Numbered from the stretch's first letter, positions 1 through 9,923 are shown. The stretch: DNA of 64,000 bases from an archaeon GW2011_AR15 (GCA_000830295.1 CP010425.1:1024001-1088000), one strand, 5' to 3'. The notes: a model not told the origin generated them from the sequence alone. Made by a program: numbers and translations.

Positions 1-2
1 TT

Positions 3-374
3 TCTATAGAGCTTAATCTCTCACCTCTGTTGATAGGCCTTTTCCTTGTATCTTTTGGAACTACTATGCCGGAGATGGTATTTACCTCCAAGGCTGCACT
101 TGCCGGCCACACGAGCATGGCAGTAGGGGACCTGGTCGGCAGCATAATAACGAACTCCACTCTTGTCCTTGGAATGACCGCAATTATTACTCCTATCCAG
201 CTCAACTCGCTGCTGTATGTCACAAGCACGCTGTTCATGCTGTTCAGCGCCTTTATTTTCTTCACTTTTGCTGAAAGCGACAACGGCATTACACTAAATG
301 AAGGCCTGTCGCTGATAATGCTTTATGTTTTGTTCGTAATCATTGAGATGTACATAAAATACAACCTTCTATAA
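3..374 (+). CDS. Sodium/calcium exchanger family (YrbG-like) antiporter, 5'-truncated by the window edge
   Basis: Hydrophobic ORF open from the window start, with alpha-repeat motif GTTMPE...GDLVGSIITN. Confidence 0.85.
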   Translation, partial: SIELNLSPLLIGLFLVSFGTTMPEMVFTSKAALAGHTSMAVGDLVGSIITNSTLVLGMTAIITPIQLNSLLYVTSTLFMLFSAFIFFTFAESDNGITLNEGLSLIMLYVLFVIIEMYIKYNLL

Positions 375-440
375 TCCTAACTGGAGTTTTCAAAACATTT
401 AAATTAGGGCACTTATTCTCTTGCAGCAAGGGGGATTTAT

Positions 441-2051
441 ATGGCTAAAGATGTTCAACCTATTTTTATATTGCCGGAAGGCACAAGAAGAAATTCGGGA
501 AGGAATGCGCAGAGAAATAATATAATGGCTGCCAAGCTGGTGGCAGAAACAGTAAGGACTACATTGGGCCCGAAGGGCATGGACAAGATGCTTGTTGATT
601 CTATGGGAGATGTTGTCGTCACCAATGACGGGGTTACCATACTGAAAGAGATGCATATTGAGCATCCTGCTGCAAAAATGATTGTTGAGGTTGCCAAGAC
701 CCAGGAGGATGAAGTAGGAGATGGCACGACAACAGCTGTTGTGCTTGCAGGAGAGTTGCTCAAGAAAGCAGAAGACCTTCTTGACAAGGAAATCCACCCT
801 ACTGTAATAGTCAAGGGATACAGGATGGCAGCTGAAAAGGCGCTTAAGCTGGTTGATGAGATAGCAAGGCCGATAACTGAAAAAGATACAGAGCTATTAT
901 CAAAAATAGCCCAGACTGCAATGACAGGGAAAGGCGCAGAGGCAAGCAAAGAAAAGCTTTCAGGCATTACTGTCAGGGCAGTAAGGCAGGTTATGTCAGA
1001 GAACAGGAGAATAGATATTGAGGATATAAAAGTTGAGAAAAAAGAGGGTGCAAGCGTAGAGGATACTGAGCTTATCGAAGGGATAGTCCTTGACAAGGAA
1101 AGAGTCCATTCAGGCATGCCAGTGCAGGTAAAGAAGGCTAACATTCTTCTTATTGATTCAGCCCTTGAGATAAAGAATACAGAAACAGATGCAAAAATCC
1201 AGATAACAGACCCTAAGCAGATGCAGGCATTTATAGATATGGAGGAGAAGATGATTAAGGGGATGATAACCAAGCTGCTCAATTCAGGGGCAAATGCAGT
1301 CTTCTGCCAGAAGGGAATTGATGATCTGGCCCAGCATTTCCTTGCAAAGAACGGCGTCTATGCAGTAAGAAGAGTCAAAAAGAGCGATATGGAAAAGCTT
1401 GCAAAGGCAACAGGAGCAAGGATTGTGACAAACCTTGACGACCTTACAAAAAAGGACCTGGGATATGCAGCCCTTGTTGAAGAATCAAAAGTCGGCGATG
1501 AGAACATGACTTTTGTAAGGGACTGCAAGAATGCAAAAGCAGTAACTATCCTGGTCAGGGGAAGCACAGAGCATGTTGTTGAAGAAGCTGAAAGGGCAAT
1601 TGTGGATGCAATAGGCGACCTGGCAGCAGCCCTGAAGACAGGGAAAGTTGTTGCAGGCGCAGGGAGCGGAGAAATGGAGCTGAGCAAAAGGCTGCTTAAT
1701 TATTCTGAATCATTATCAGGAAGGGAGCAGCTTGCAGTCAGGGCATTTGCAGAGGCTCTTGAAGTAATACCAAGGACGCTTGCAGAAAATGCAGGGCTTG
1801 ACCCTATTGACACGCTTACAGAGCTGAAAAGCAGCCACGAGAAGAACAAGGTATGGGCAGGCATTGATGTCTTCACAGGAAAGGTCATTGATGCATGGGA
1901 AGCAGGAATCATAGAGCCTGCCAAGATAAAGACACAGGCTATCTCAAGCGCATCTGAGGTTGCCACTATGATATTGAGGATAGATGACGTGATTGCCTCA
2001 GGCAGCAGCCCAGAGCCTCCCAAGCCAGAGCCCGGCATGGACATGATGTAG
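441..2051 (+). CDS. ths: Thermosome (group II chaperonin) subunit
   Basis: [24 protein letters not shown] motifs; GMDMM tail; 536 aa. Confidence 0.98.
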   Translation: MAKDVQPIFILPEGTRRNSGRNAQRNNIMAAKLVAETVRTTLGPKGMDKMLVDSMGDVVVTNDGVTILKEMHIEHPAAKMIVEVAKTQEDEVGDGTTTAVVLAGELLKKAEDLLDKEIHPTVIVKGYRMAAEKALKLVDEIARPITEKDTELLSKIAQTAMTGKGAEASKEKLSGITVRAVRQVMSENRRIDIEDIKVEKKEGASVEDTELIEGIVLDKERVHSGMPVQVKKANILLIDSALEIKNTETDAKIQITDPKQMQAFIDMEEKMIKGMITKLLNSGANAVFCQKGIDDLAQHFLAKNGVYAVRRVKKSDMEKLAKATGARIVTNLDDLTKKDLGYAALVEESKVGDENMTFVRDCKNAKAVTILVRGSTEHVVEEAERAIVDAIGDLAAALKTGKVVAGAGSGEMELSKRLLNYSESLSGREQLAVRAFAEALEVIPRTLAENAGLDPIDTLTELKSSHEKNKVWAGIDVFTGKVIDAWEAGIIEPAKIKTQAISSASEVATMILRIDDVIASGSSPEPPKPEPGMDMM

Positions 2052-2086
2052 AAGCTTTTTTAAAATTCACTTCTTTTCTCTGTTGT

Positions 2087-2506
2087 ATGAGCTTCAAATA
2101 CTTTGACCATACAGCTGATGTGATGTTTGAAGGCTATGGAAAAACGCTGGAAGAGGCATTTGGAAGTGCAGCCCTTGCGATGTTCAACCTTCTTACAGAC
2201 ATAGAGAAAGTAAAGGCAGCGAAGAAATACAAGTTGGGGATTATAGCAGACACTAAAGAGAAGCTGCTTTTTGATTTCCTTGATGAGCTGCTGTTTTATC
2301 TTGATACAGAGCATATTATATTCAGCAAGTTCGAAGATATGAAAATAGCAAAGAAGAATAACTTATATTTCTTTGAATGCACTGCGTTGGGAGATCTGGC
2401 TTCCAATTACAGGACACACGGGGATGTAAAAGCCCCAACATACAACGAGATGCTGATTAAAGAGGAGAAAGGAAAGTTTTCAGTCAGGGTTGTTGTGGAC
2501 ATATAA
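2087..2506 (+). CDS. Archease (RtcB cofactor)
   Basis: N-terminal DHTAD, C-terminal VKAPTY and VVDI; 139 aa. Confidence 0.95.
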   Translation: MSFKYFDHTADVMFEGYGKTLEEAFGSAALAMFNLLTDIEKVKAAKKYKLGIIADTKEKLLFDFLDELLFYLDTEHIIFSKFEDMKIAKKNNLYFFECTALGDLASNYRTHGDVKAPTYNEMLIKEEKGKFSVRVVVDI

Positions 2507-2545
2507 TAGGAAGATTATTAAATAATTTTGTTTTATGCTCTTTAA

Positions 2546-3487
2546 ATGGTGCAGATTGTTATTTCTGAAGAAGGAATAAGGGAAATAGCTAGAGACCTGT
2601 ATGCTTCTGTAGAAGGCGACTTAAAGCAGGCGCTTTCTGACCTGAACAGGATAATAAAAGAAGATTTGACATCCATGCACAACCTTTATTTATCGCTGCA
2701 GACAGACTTAAGCCAGAAGCATGCGGATTTGGACAGGAAGATAAGCGAGTCGTATCGTGGAATCGGGGATATAGATAAGAGACTGCAGGTTAAAGATGCC
2801 CTGGAGTACTATATTGTGGTTTATGATTCCTATAGGGATTTCGGGAATTCCGAGCTGGCCTCTGTAGCTCCTGAAGATGTTATAGACGAACATATAAAAG
2901 GGGAAAAAGACCATATGCAGAAAAAGCTGGATGAGGCAAAATCAACAGGAGTTGACGGACAGCTAATAGATACTCTGCTGGAAAACATGAAATACAGGCA
3001 CCATGCAAAATATGCGCTGAAAACAATCCAGGAAATGTTCTGGACCAATAGAGAAACCCCTTTCCAGTCAACTGAGATAACACCTGAAATTTATGATAAG
3101 CTTATGGAGTCTTTAATAAATAATAAAGAGGCTGAGGAAATGTCCCTTTTCTACAGCCGCATACCATTCTATGGCGAGCTGGATACTGCTGTAAGGCTTG
3201 CTAATGAGATAGGGATTAACATGTCACAGCTAAAGTGGCTTGCAGAAAAGCACCACTGGCTCCATGATGCAAGGCAGTATGTGGTCCATGCAGGAGCAGC
3301 AGGAAAGGCTGAGGATGTGGGATATCTTAAAACAGCAATGTTCAGCGCCGGTGCAGCAGCAGGCCTGACTAAAGAGGAAGTGCTGATAAAGCCGATTAAG
3401 GCAGTTGAAGATATTGTTTTTAACACGTACCAGAGGGTAAAGCCGATGCTTGAGCTTCTTAAGCAGCTTGAGCCAAAACCAGCTTAA
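2546..3487 (+). CDS. Hypothetical protein, helical/coiled-coil
   Basis: 313-aa ORF with AT-rich promoter upstream; no recognised motif. Confidence 0.7.
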   Translation: MVQIVISEEGIREIARDLYASVEGDLKQALSDLNRIIKEDLTSMHNLYLSLQTDLSQKHADLDRKISESYRGIGDIDKRLQVKDALEYYIVVYDSYRDFGNSELASVAPEDVIDEHIKGEKDHMQKKLDEAKSTGVDGQLIDTLLENMKYRHHAKYALKTIQEMFWTNRETPFQSTEITPEIYDKLMESLINNKEAEEMSLFYSRIPFYGELDTAVRLANEIGINMSQLKWLAEKHHWLHDARQYVVHAGAAGKAEDVGYLKTAMFSAGAAAGLTKEEVLIKPIKAVEDIVFNTYQRVKPMLELLKQLEPKPA

Positions 3488-3547
3488 TATATTTAAAACA
3501 TAAGTTTTATATATTCTGCCGGCGTAAATAGATACCTGATAAGAAGA

Positions 3548-3847
3548 ATGATTGAGCTTGGGGGTAATATTGAGCTTGTAGGCTTCAAGGAGATTGAAAC
3601 CCAGGAGCTGATAGTGCTAAAAAAAATAATCGGCTCATATGCAAGAAAATTCTCTGATAATATCAAGGACTATGAGAAATTAAGCATGCACCTGAAGCAT
3701 ATAGGCCCTGAAACGTCCAACAAATATGAAGTGAAGTCAATGCTGCTGGTGAAAGGCAAGCCGATAAATTCTGAGGTCACAGAAATAAATCTTTTTGTTG
3801 CAGTTGCAGAATCCCTTAAAAAATTAGAAGCGCAGGTAATGAAATAG
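3548..3847 (+). CDS. Small protein with possible HPF/RaiA (ribosome hibernation) fold
   Basis: 99 aa with beta-alpha-beta-beta-beta-alpha pattern; C-terminal NLFVAVAESLKKLEAQ resembles HPF helix DMYxAIDxxxDKLERQ. Confidence 0.55.
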   Translation: MIELGGNIELVGFKEIETQELIVLKKIIGSYARKFSDNIKDYEKLSMHLKHIGPETSNKYEVKSMLLVKGKPINSEVTEINLFVAVAESLKKLEAQVMK

Positions 3848-4297
3848 TTATTCTTCAGCTTTTTTAGCCGGTTTCTTAACTGCTGGTTTTCTGGCAGTTT
3901 TCTTCTTGGCAGGCTTTTCTTCTGCTTTCTTTTCTTCTTTTTCAGCAGCTATTGGTTCTTTTGGAACCTCTTTGCTCTCCTTTGTTTCCTTTTCTTTTTC
4001 TTTCTTTTCTTCAGTTTCCTTTTCAGGATACTTGTGCCCGAAAAGCTCTGCCTTCACAATGCCCTCATCATCTTTTACAAGAGTTATTTTTACATGATGA
4101 GGAGGGTTCTTTATCCCCCTTTCCCATATCTTCTCATTGAGAACCGGCCCTATTCTTATCTGGTCAGCTGAACATCTCATGTGCCTGGCAATAAATTCCT
4201 TTAGCGTAATTACTGCTTTTTTTGACTTTCTGTATCTTGGAGCCTTCTGGAATCCTTTCCTTAAGGGCACGTTGTATGTTCTTTCAAGCTTTGCCAT
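3848..4297 (-). CDS. rpl31e: 50S ribosomal protein L31e with K/E-rich C-terminal extension
   Basis: ERTYNVPLR...LNEKIWERGIKNPP; start moved to ATG at 4297. Confidence 0.95.
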   Translation of the reverse strand: MAKLERTYNVPLRKGFQKAPRYRKSKKAVITLKEFIARHMRCSADQIRIGPVLNEKIWERGIKNPPHHVKITLVKDDEGIVKAELFGHKYPEKETEEKKEKEKETKESKEVPKEPIAAEKEEKKAEEKPAKKKTARKPAVKKPAKKAEE

Positions 4298-4305
4298 CTT
4301 TATCA

Positions 4306-4479
4306 CTATGGATTGATCCTGCTCCTTCTCCAACTTCTTTTAATATGAGTGTGCCTTCCGGGGTGTATTCTTCTTGTTTTCCCGTATATCTTTGGAACTG
4401 TCCAGAAAGGAGCCCATTTGCTCTGCTTCAGGCTCTTTGCAAGCCTTTTCTTCTTTGCCGGCTGCTTATATCTGGTCAT
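4306..4479 (-). CDS. rpl39e: 50S ribosomal protein L39e (57 aa; not in ORF track)
   Basis: Manual translation MTRYKQPAKKKRLAKSLKQSKWAPFWTVPKIYGKTRRIHPGRHTHIKRSWRRSRINP; usual S19e-L39e-L31e order. Confidence 0.9.
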   Translation of the reverse strand: MTRYKQPAKKKRLAKSLKQSKWAPFWTVPKIYGKTRRIHPGRHTHIKRSWRRSRINP

Positions 4480-5107
4480 TTTCTTTTACCTTCTCTTCCT
4501 TTTTCTCTTCAGCCGTCTTTATTTCTTTTTTTTCAGCCTTTTTCTTCTCTGCTTTTGGCGTTTCTTCTTTTTTTTCTTCAGCTTTCTTTGTCTCTTTTTT
4601 CTCTTCCCGTGCAGGAAGGGTTGGCTCTTTTGGAACCTCAGTTTCTTTAACTATTTTCTCTGCTTTCGGCCTGGCTACGTAAGGCTTTTTTATCTTGACT
4701 GCAATCTTGTCAACAAAAGATATTCCTTTAGGTGTTATGGCCCTGCCCTTGTATGCCTTGACTTCAACCTGCTTGACAAAGCCGACAATCTCTAATTTCT
4801 GAAGAATTTTTCTTAAAATGTTTCCTGATGCCTTGAATGTCCTGTCCGGAGCAGTTCCCCTGTTTTTCCTGCTGCTGTATTTTGTCCTTAACTTTGAAAC
4901 ACCTATTGGGCCGTACTTGTAGACTGCCCTCAGCACTGCAGCAGATCTTATGAACCACCAGTTTGATTCAACCGGAGGCCTTTCTTTTGAGACTCCTGTC
5001 TTTACATATGCTGCCCATTCTGGCGGGCTCATCTCAGGCATCTTTTCAAGCTCAGCTGCCAGGGCCTCTATCAATTCCCTTGGCGGAACATCATATATGC
5101 TAACCAT
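4466..5107 (-). CDS. rps19e: 30S ribosomal protein S19e with K/E-rich C-terminal extension
   Basis: PEWAAYVKTGVSKERPP..WWFIRSAAVLR..GPIGVSKLR motifs. Confidence 0.97.
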   Translation of the reverse strand: MVSIYDVPPRELIEALAAELEKMPEMSPPEWAAYVKTGVSKERPPVESNWWFIRSAAVLRAVYKYGPIGVSKLRTKYSSRKNRGTAPDRTFKASGNILRKILQKLEIVGFVKQVEVKAYKGRAITPKGISFVDKIAVKIKKPYVARPKAEKIVKETEVPKEPTLPAREEKKETKKAEEKKEETPKAEKKKAEKKEIKTAEEKKEEKVKENDQI

Positions 5108-5265
5108 TTTTCTTTTCTCCTATGTGGCTTTTCAGCCAGTTGTCGGGGAACACTTGTTCGCCGTAGACTCTTTAAACTATGCCAATGGAAAAAGAAGGGG
5201 TTTATAAATGTATTGGATTGCAAGTAAGCATAGTTTTAAATATAAAATAATTTTGAAAAGAAACT

Positions 5266-5613
5266 ATGAGTGAAGAAGGATTAACAATCGACAAACTATA
5301 TGAAATATATTCACCTGAAATTGCAGAAGGGGTTGAGATGTTGGTGGATTCCGGATATTTCTACCTTGGAGAAAGTTTACCGCTCCTAACAAGAACGGGT
5401 CTTATACGCTTAATGGATGCAGCTGTTCAATTAGGAAAAACATCCATGTCTTCAAAAGATAGTCGTGCTGGATTATACAAACAGGCCCTTGAAATGGGAA
5501 ATTTCTATGAGATACTGGAAGTTAGCGATTCAAATATGGAACTGATGGTGAACGCATTGGAACACGTTATTGATAATTATCCAGAAGGAGGATATGAAAT
5601 ACCATCACAATAA
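5266..5613 (+). CDS. Hypothetical protein
   Basis: 115-aa ORF after TATA-like AT-rich region. Confidence 0.6.
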   Translation: MSEEGLTIDKLYEIYSPEIAEGVEMLVDSGYFYLGESLPLLTRTGLIRLMDAAVQLGKTSMSSKDSRAGLYKQALEMGNFYEILEVSDSNMELMVNALEHVIDNYPEGGYEIPSQ

Positions 5614-5618
5614 TAGTT

Positions 5619-7307
5619 CTACATCTCATCAGGCGCTTCTATGCCCAATAACCCAAGGCTGCTCCTGATGACTTCCCTGACGCAATACACCAGCAGCACT
5701 CTGGCTTTCTCAAGCTCCTTGTCATCCTGCAGTATCTGGTGCCTGTGGTAATATTCATTGAAAGCCTGGCTTAAATCCAGAACATGCCTTGTAACCATGC
5801 TCGGCTTATACTGCTCACCAGCCATCTTAACAATCTCAGGATAGCTCTTCAATAATTTAAGAAGGGCCTTGTCCTCATCTGTATTCAGAAGGGAATAATC
5901 AATCTTATCAGAAGGCTTTTTTTCGTATTTACCTAATATACTGGAACAGCGCGCATGAGTGTACTGCACATATGGTCCGGTCTCGCCGTCAAAAGACAGT
6001 GATTCTTTCGGATTGAAAACAAAGTCTTTCATTGCATCATATTTCAGTATAAAGAATTTTATTGCAGACATGCTTATTGCCTCTGCCCTCCTCTCAAGCT
6101 CTTTCCCGGATAATTTATGCCTCTTCTCTACTTCTTTTCTTGATTTCACGTTCATGTCATCAGCTAAATTATCAGCATCAACAACATTTCCCTCCCTTGA
6201 CTTCATCTTCCCTTCTGGAAGATAGACCATGCCGTAGGCAAGGTGATAGCAGTTCTCTGCAAACGGATAGTCCAGCAGCCTGAATATCTCAAACAATGAC
6301 TTGAAGTGGTGTATCTGCTCAGATGCAACCACATATATCATATTGTCCATTTTATAGTCTTCATACCTAAGCTTTGCAAGCGCGATGTCCTGCGTAATAT
6401 ATATAGAGGTGCCGTCTGCACGCAATACAATTTTCTTGCCGATGCTGTCATTCTCGAGCACAACATTTCCTTTCTCATCTTTTTTGAAAATGCCCTTTTC
6501 CAGGGCATCCAGCACAATATCCCTTCCTTTTGTATAGTGGTCGCTCTCATAGTATGCCTTGTCTATCTTTACGCCGAACCTTTTGTAAGTCTCAGCCATC
6601 CCCTCTATTGCCCACTTGTTCATCTTTTTCCATAATTTGCGGACTTCCTTATCGCCTTCCTCCCACTTCCTAAGCATATCCTGTATCTCCTGCTCGAATT
6701 CAGGGTGGCTTTTTGCCTCTAAATCATACTTCACATAGAAATCCCCAACAAAATGGTCCGGCTTCTTGTCAGGCTCTTTGTTTTTCCCGAATCTGTCATA
6801 GGCGAGCATGGACTTGCAGATATGGATTCCCCTGTCATTCACAATGTCAACCCTTATTGTATTATACCCGAGAAACCGGTATATGTTCACCAGGAAGTTG
6901 CCCAATACCATGTTCCTCACATGGCCAAGATGCAGCGGCTTGTTTGTGTTTGGGCCGGGGGATTCAATCATTATTTTTTCTTTTCTCTTTTTTCCGGCGC
7001 CATATCCCTCTTTCTCTTTATATATTTCAGCAAGCACATCCTCAGCCAGCAGGTCCTTTTTCACGAAGAAGTTTACATAAGGCCCTATTATTTTCACGCT
7101 GCCAATATACTTATCAGGGCTTATTTTCCCGCCAATCTCTTTTGCAATCTCGGCAGGAGATTTTCTCAGCTCTTTTGCAAGGGTGAAGCACGGCAGGGCA
7201 TAATCCCCCATATTCTCATCAGGCGGAATCTCAAGGACAGATTCATCAAGCTTCAGCCCGGAGGTTTTATTGACAATTCCAATAATGTGACTTCTAAAAT
7301 CTGCCAT
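5619..7307 (-). CDS. argS: Arginine--tRNA ligase
   Basis: PNTNKPLHLGHVRN (HIGH), KMKSREG (KMSKS), GPYVQYTHAR, C-terminal GIEAPDEM. Confidence 0.97.
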   Translation of the reverse strand: MADFRSHIIGIVNKTSGLKLDESVLEIPPDENMGDYALPCFTLAKELRKSPAEIAKEIGGKISPDKYIGSVKIIGPYVNFFVKKDLLAEDVLAEIYKEKEGYGAGKKRKEKIMIESPGPNTNKPLHLGHVRNMVLGNFLVNIYRFLGYNTIRVDIVNDRGIHICKSMLAYDRFGKNKEPDKKPDHFVGDFYVKYDLEAKSHPEFEQEIQDMLRKWEEGDKEVRKLWKKMNKWAIEGMAETYKRFGVKIDKAYYESDHYTKGRDIVLDALEKGIFKKDEKGNVVLENDSIGKKIVLRADGTSIYITQDIALAKLRYEDYKMDNMIYVVASEQIHHFKSLFEIFRLLDYPFAENCYHLAYGMVYLPEGKMKSREGNVVDADNLADDMNVKSRKEVEKRHKLSGKELERRAEAISMSAIKFFILKYDAMKDFVFNPKESLSFDGETGPYVQYTHARCSSILGKYEKKPSDKIDYSLLNTDEDKALLKLLKSYPEIVKMAGEQYKPSMVTRHVLDLSQAFNEYYHRHQILQDDKELEKARVLLVYCVREVIRSSLGLLGIEAPDEM

Positions 7308-7390
7308 TTATCTTTAAGTAATCCAGACAGTTAAAAAAGTTTTTGGTATCAAAAGTTAATTTTAAATATAGATTAAATTTAGAGAAAGAT

Positions 7391-7771
7391 ATGGATATAA
7401 GCTTATTGGATAGACTTCTTTATCGCATTGACCCATATATTACACTTGAGAGAAGGTTTGTGGTTGAGGATCAGGTAAGAGAGACAGAAGCAGTGCTCAA
7501 CAGAAGCTTCAGGCACGATTTTTATTACCTCGATAATCTCAAAGATGATGTTATCACATATAATTTCCTGCCTATAAAAAACGATGCTGATATTCTTCTT
7601 GGGTTAAGAGAGGGAGACAGGGTAAAAGTCTTCTACAGCATAAAGGGCATTGCGGATTTTAATTACATCCCCCCTGATTTTAAAGAAAAGCACCAGTTAG
7701 AGGGCAGGATTTACGGCAGTGGGCTGGTAAGGCGGCTCGAGAAAATCCCGGAAAACGCTTCTATCCGCTGA
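7391..7771 (+). CDS. Hypothetical protein
   Basis: ORF 7343..7771, likely ATG at 7391; no recognised motif. Confidence 0.55.
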   Translation: MDISLLDRLLYRIDPYITLERRFVVEDQVRETEAVLNRSFRHDFYYLDNLKDDVITYNFLPIKNDADILLGLREGDRVKVFYSIKGIADFNYIPPDFKEKHQLEGRIYGSGLVRRLEKIPENASIR

Positions 7772-7908
7772 AAACAGCAATCTTTATAAAGGGTGGAAAT
7801 TTCCAAACGCACATGTCCGGGGATTTTTCTGCTAGCGTCACGAATTTAGTCTAGCTGACGCCAATAAAACGCTAGAAAAATCTCTGCAAAACGACACTAA
7901 TAAGACAC

Positions 7909-8029
7909 GCCCAAGTAGTGTAGTCTGGCCTATCATAAAGCCCTGTCGAGCTTTGCGCGGAAAGGCTTTGACCCGGGTTCAAATATGTCCATAGTCAAAA
8001 GCTAAGCATTGAGTGTCCCGGCTTGGGCG
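7909..8029 (+). tRNA. tRNA-Asp(GUC) with two introns (37/38: 7949-7962; 59/60: 7984-8015)
   Basis: Acceptor GCCCAAG/CTTGGGC, anticodon stem AAGCC/GGCTT with GTC at 7945-47, T stem CCGGG/CCCGG; both inserts form BHB-like motifs. Confidence 0.9.
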
Positions 8030-8046
8030 TCTTATTATATTAAGAC

Positions 8047-8134
8047 GGGCCGGTAGCTCAGCTTGGTAGAGCACCTGACTTTTACCTTTAAGGGAGAAAT
8101 CAGGTGGTCGCGAGTTCGAATCTCGTCCGGCCCA
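8047..8134 (+). tRNA. tRNA-Lys(UUU) with 14-nt intron (8085-8098)
   Basis: GGGCCGG/CCGGCCC acceptor, CCTGA/TCAGG stem, TTT at 8081-83, GTTCGAATC. Confidence 0.93.
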
Positions 8135-8143
8135 TAAAAACAG

Positions 8144-8440
8144 GTGGTCAACATAGCAGAAAAAAAGGCAACAAAAAAAGAAAAATCAGAGCCAAAAGCC
8201 AAAAAAGAGGCTCTTGATGTATCAAAACATTTCTTAGTCCCAAAGCACTCAAAGGTTTCAGAAGCAGAAAAGAACAGGGTTATCGAGCAGTATAAGGTAA
8301 CTCTCGAAGAATTCCCGAGAATACAGATTTCTGACCCTGCAATAGCAGGTCTTGATGTAACAACAAATGACCTCATCAAAGTTGAGAGGCCAAGCGCAAC
8401 AGCAAAGATTACTGTCTTTTACAGGAGGGTTGTAAAGTAA
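8144..8440 (+). CDS. rpoH: RNA polymerase subunit Rpo5 (H)
   Basis: HFLVPKH, FPRIQISDPAI, IKVERPS..YRRVV. Confidence 0.96.
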   Translation: MVNIAEKKATKKEKSEPKAKKEALDVSKHFLVPKHSKVSEAEKNRVIEQYKVTLEEFPRIQISDPAIAGLDVTTNDLIKVERPSATAKITVFYRRVVK

Positions 8441-8441
8441 A

Positions 8442-9923
8442 ATGAATAAAAGGAGCATCCTGATAAAAAAATATTTCGATGAAGTCTCACTTATCAGCTC
8501 AGACATAGAATCATTCAACAATTTTATTGAATTTGAGCTGCAGAAGATTGTCGATGAGAACGGCACAATTCTTCCCACAATCATCCCACACACAATCGAC
8601 GAATTTAAGATCAAGTTCGGTAAGATCGCAATAGGAAAGCCTGAGATAACAGAAGCAGACGGCTCAAAAAGGCCGGTATATCCTCTTGAGGCAAGATTAA
8701 GGAAGATCTCATACGCCGCCCCATTATATATTGAGGTAAGCGCGCATGTTGACGGCATCCAGAGAGAATCCTTTACAGCGCAGGTCGGAAGCTTCCCTAT
8801 AATGCTGAAGTCAAAGTTCTGCCACCTTCACGGGCTTAACGAGAAAGAGCTTATTGAAAAGGGTGAAGACCCTAATGATCCAGGCGGGTATTTCATTATC
8901 AACGGAACAGAAAAAGTCCTTATCAACGTAGAAGACCTTGCTCCGAACAAGATGCTTGTAGAAGAGAACAAGATAGGCCCAAGCAGGTTCACAGGCAAAC
9001 TTTTCAGCGAGCACGGGGCATACAAGATTCCTCACACTCTCGAGAAATTAAAGGATGATATTTTCTACCTTACATTCACAAGGGTGAAAAGAGTCCCATT
9101 AATTGTAATACTGAAAGCCCTCGGTCTTGTGAAAGACGAGGAAATCATGAATTTAATAGGCACAGAATTCAAGGATGAGGTCTACATAAACCTTTTCGAG
9201 TTCATGAGCATAAAGAATGAAGATGATGCCCTTGACTACATAGCAAAGAAGATAGGGATAACCCAGGCTAAAGAAATCAGGGTTGAAAGGATGAAAGAAA
9301 TCCTTGACAAATATCTGCTCCCTCATCTTGGAACATCAGCAGAAGAAAGGATATTCAAATCATATAACCTGTGCAAGCTGCTGAAAAGGTATCTCGCTGT
9401 CTCAAACGGCAAGCTTGGAGTGGATGATAAGGACCATTACATGAACAAAAGGCTGAAGATGTCAGGAGTGCTCCTGGCAGACCTTTTCAGGGTCAACTTA
9501 AAAGTCCTTATAGGAGACCTGCTATACAATTTCCAGAGGATTGTCAAGAGGGGAAAGTTCCCTTCAATAAAAGTCATTATCAGGGATAAGCTGCTGACAC
9601 AGAGGATATACAGCTCAATGGCTACAGGAAACTGGGTCGGCGGAAGAAAGGGTATTGCACAGAGAATGCAGAGGCTGAACTTTTTAGAGACTCTTTCACA
9701 CCTTCAGAGGGTTGTTTCGCCACTCTCAGCAAGCCAGGAGAATTTCGAGGCAAGGGCGCTCCACAGCACGCATCTTGGAAGGCTCTGCCCTATAGAGACT
9801 CCGGAAGGAACCAACATCGGGCTCAGGAAAAACCTGGCGCTGCTTACTGAAATATCACAGGATTACAATGAAGAAGAGCTGATAGGCCTGCTGAAATCAT
9901 CAGGCGTCAAGCTGTCAAGGTGA
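8442..9923 (+). CDS. rpoB2: RNA polymerase subunit Rpo2N (B'')
   Basis: DPGGYFIINGTEKV, DDKDHYMNKRL, GRLCPIETPEG. Confidence 0.97.
   Translation: MNKRSILIKKYFDEVSLISSDIESFNNFIEFELQKIVDENGTILPTIIPHTIDEFKIKFGKIAIGKPEITEADGSKRPVYPLEARLRKISYAAPLYIEVSAHVDGIQRESFTAQVGSFPIMLKSKFCHLHGLNEKELIEKGEDPNDPGGYFIINGTEKVLINVEDLAPNKMLVEENKIGPSRFTGKLFSEHGAYKIPHTLEKLKDDIFYLTFTRVKRVPLIVILKALGLVKDEEIMNLIGTEFKDEVYINLFEFMSIKNEDDALDYIAKKIGITQAKEIRVERMKEILDKYLLPHLGTSAEERIFKSYNLCKLLKRYLAVSNGKLGVDDKDHYMNKRLKMSGVLLADLFRVNLKVLIGDLLYNFQRIVKRGKFPSIKVIIRDKLLTQRIYSSMATGNWVGGRKGIAQRMQRLNFLETLSHLQRVVSPLSASQENFEARALHSTHLGRLCPIETPEGTNIGLRKNLALLTEISQDYNEEELIGLLKSSGVKLSR

Noticed and set aside
8035-8143. ORFs crossing tRNA genes (also 22436-22723 and 56054-56428)
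   Set aside because: Explained by the tRNA sequences
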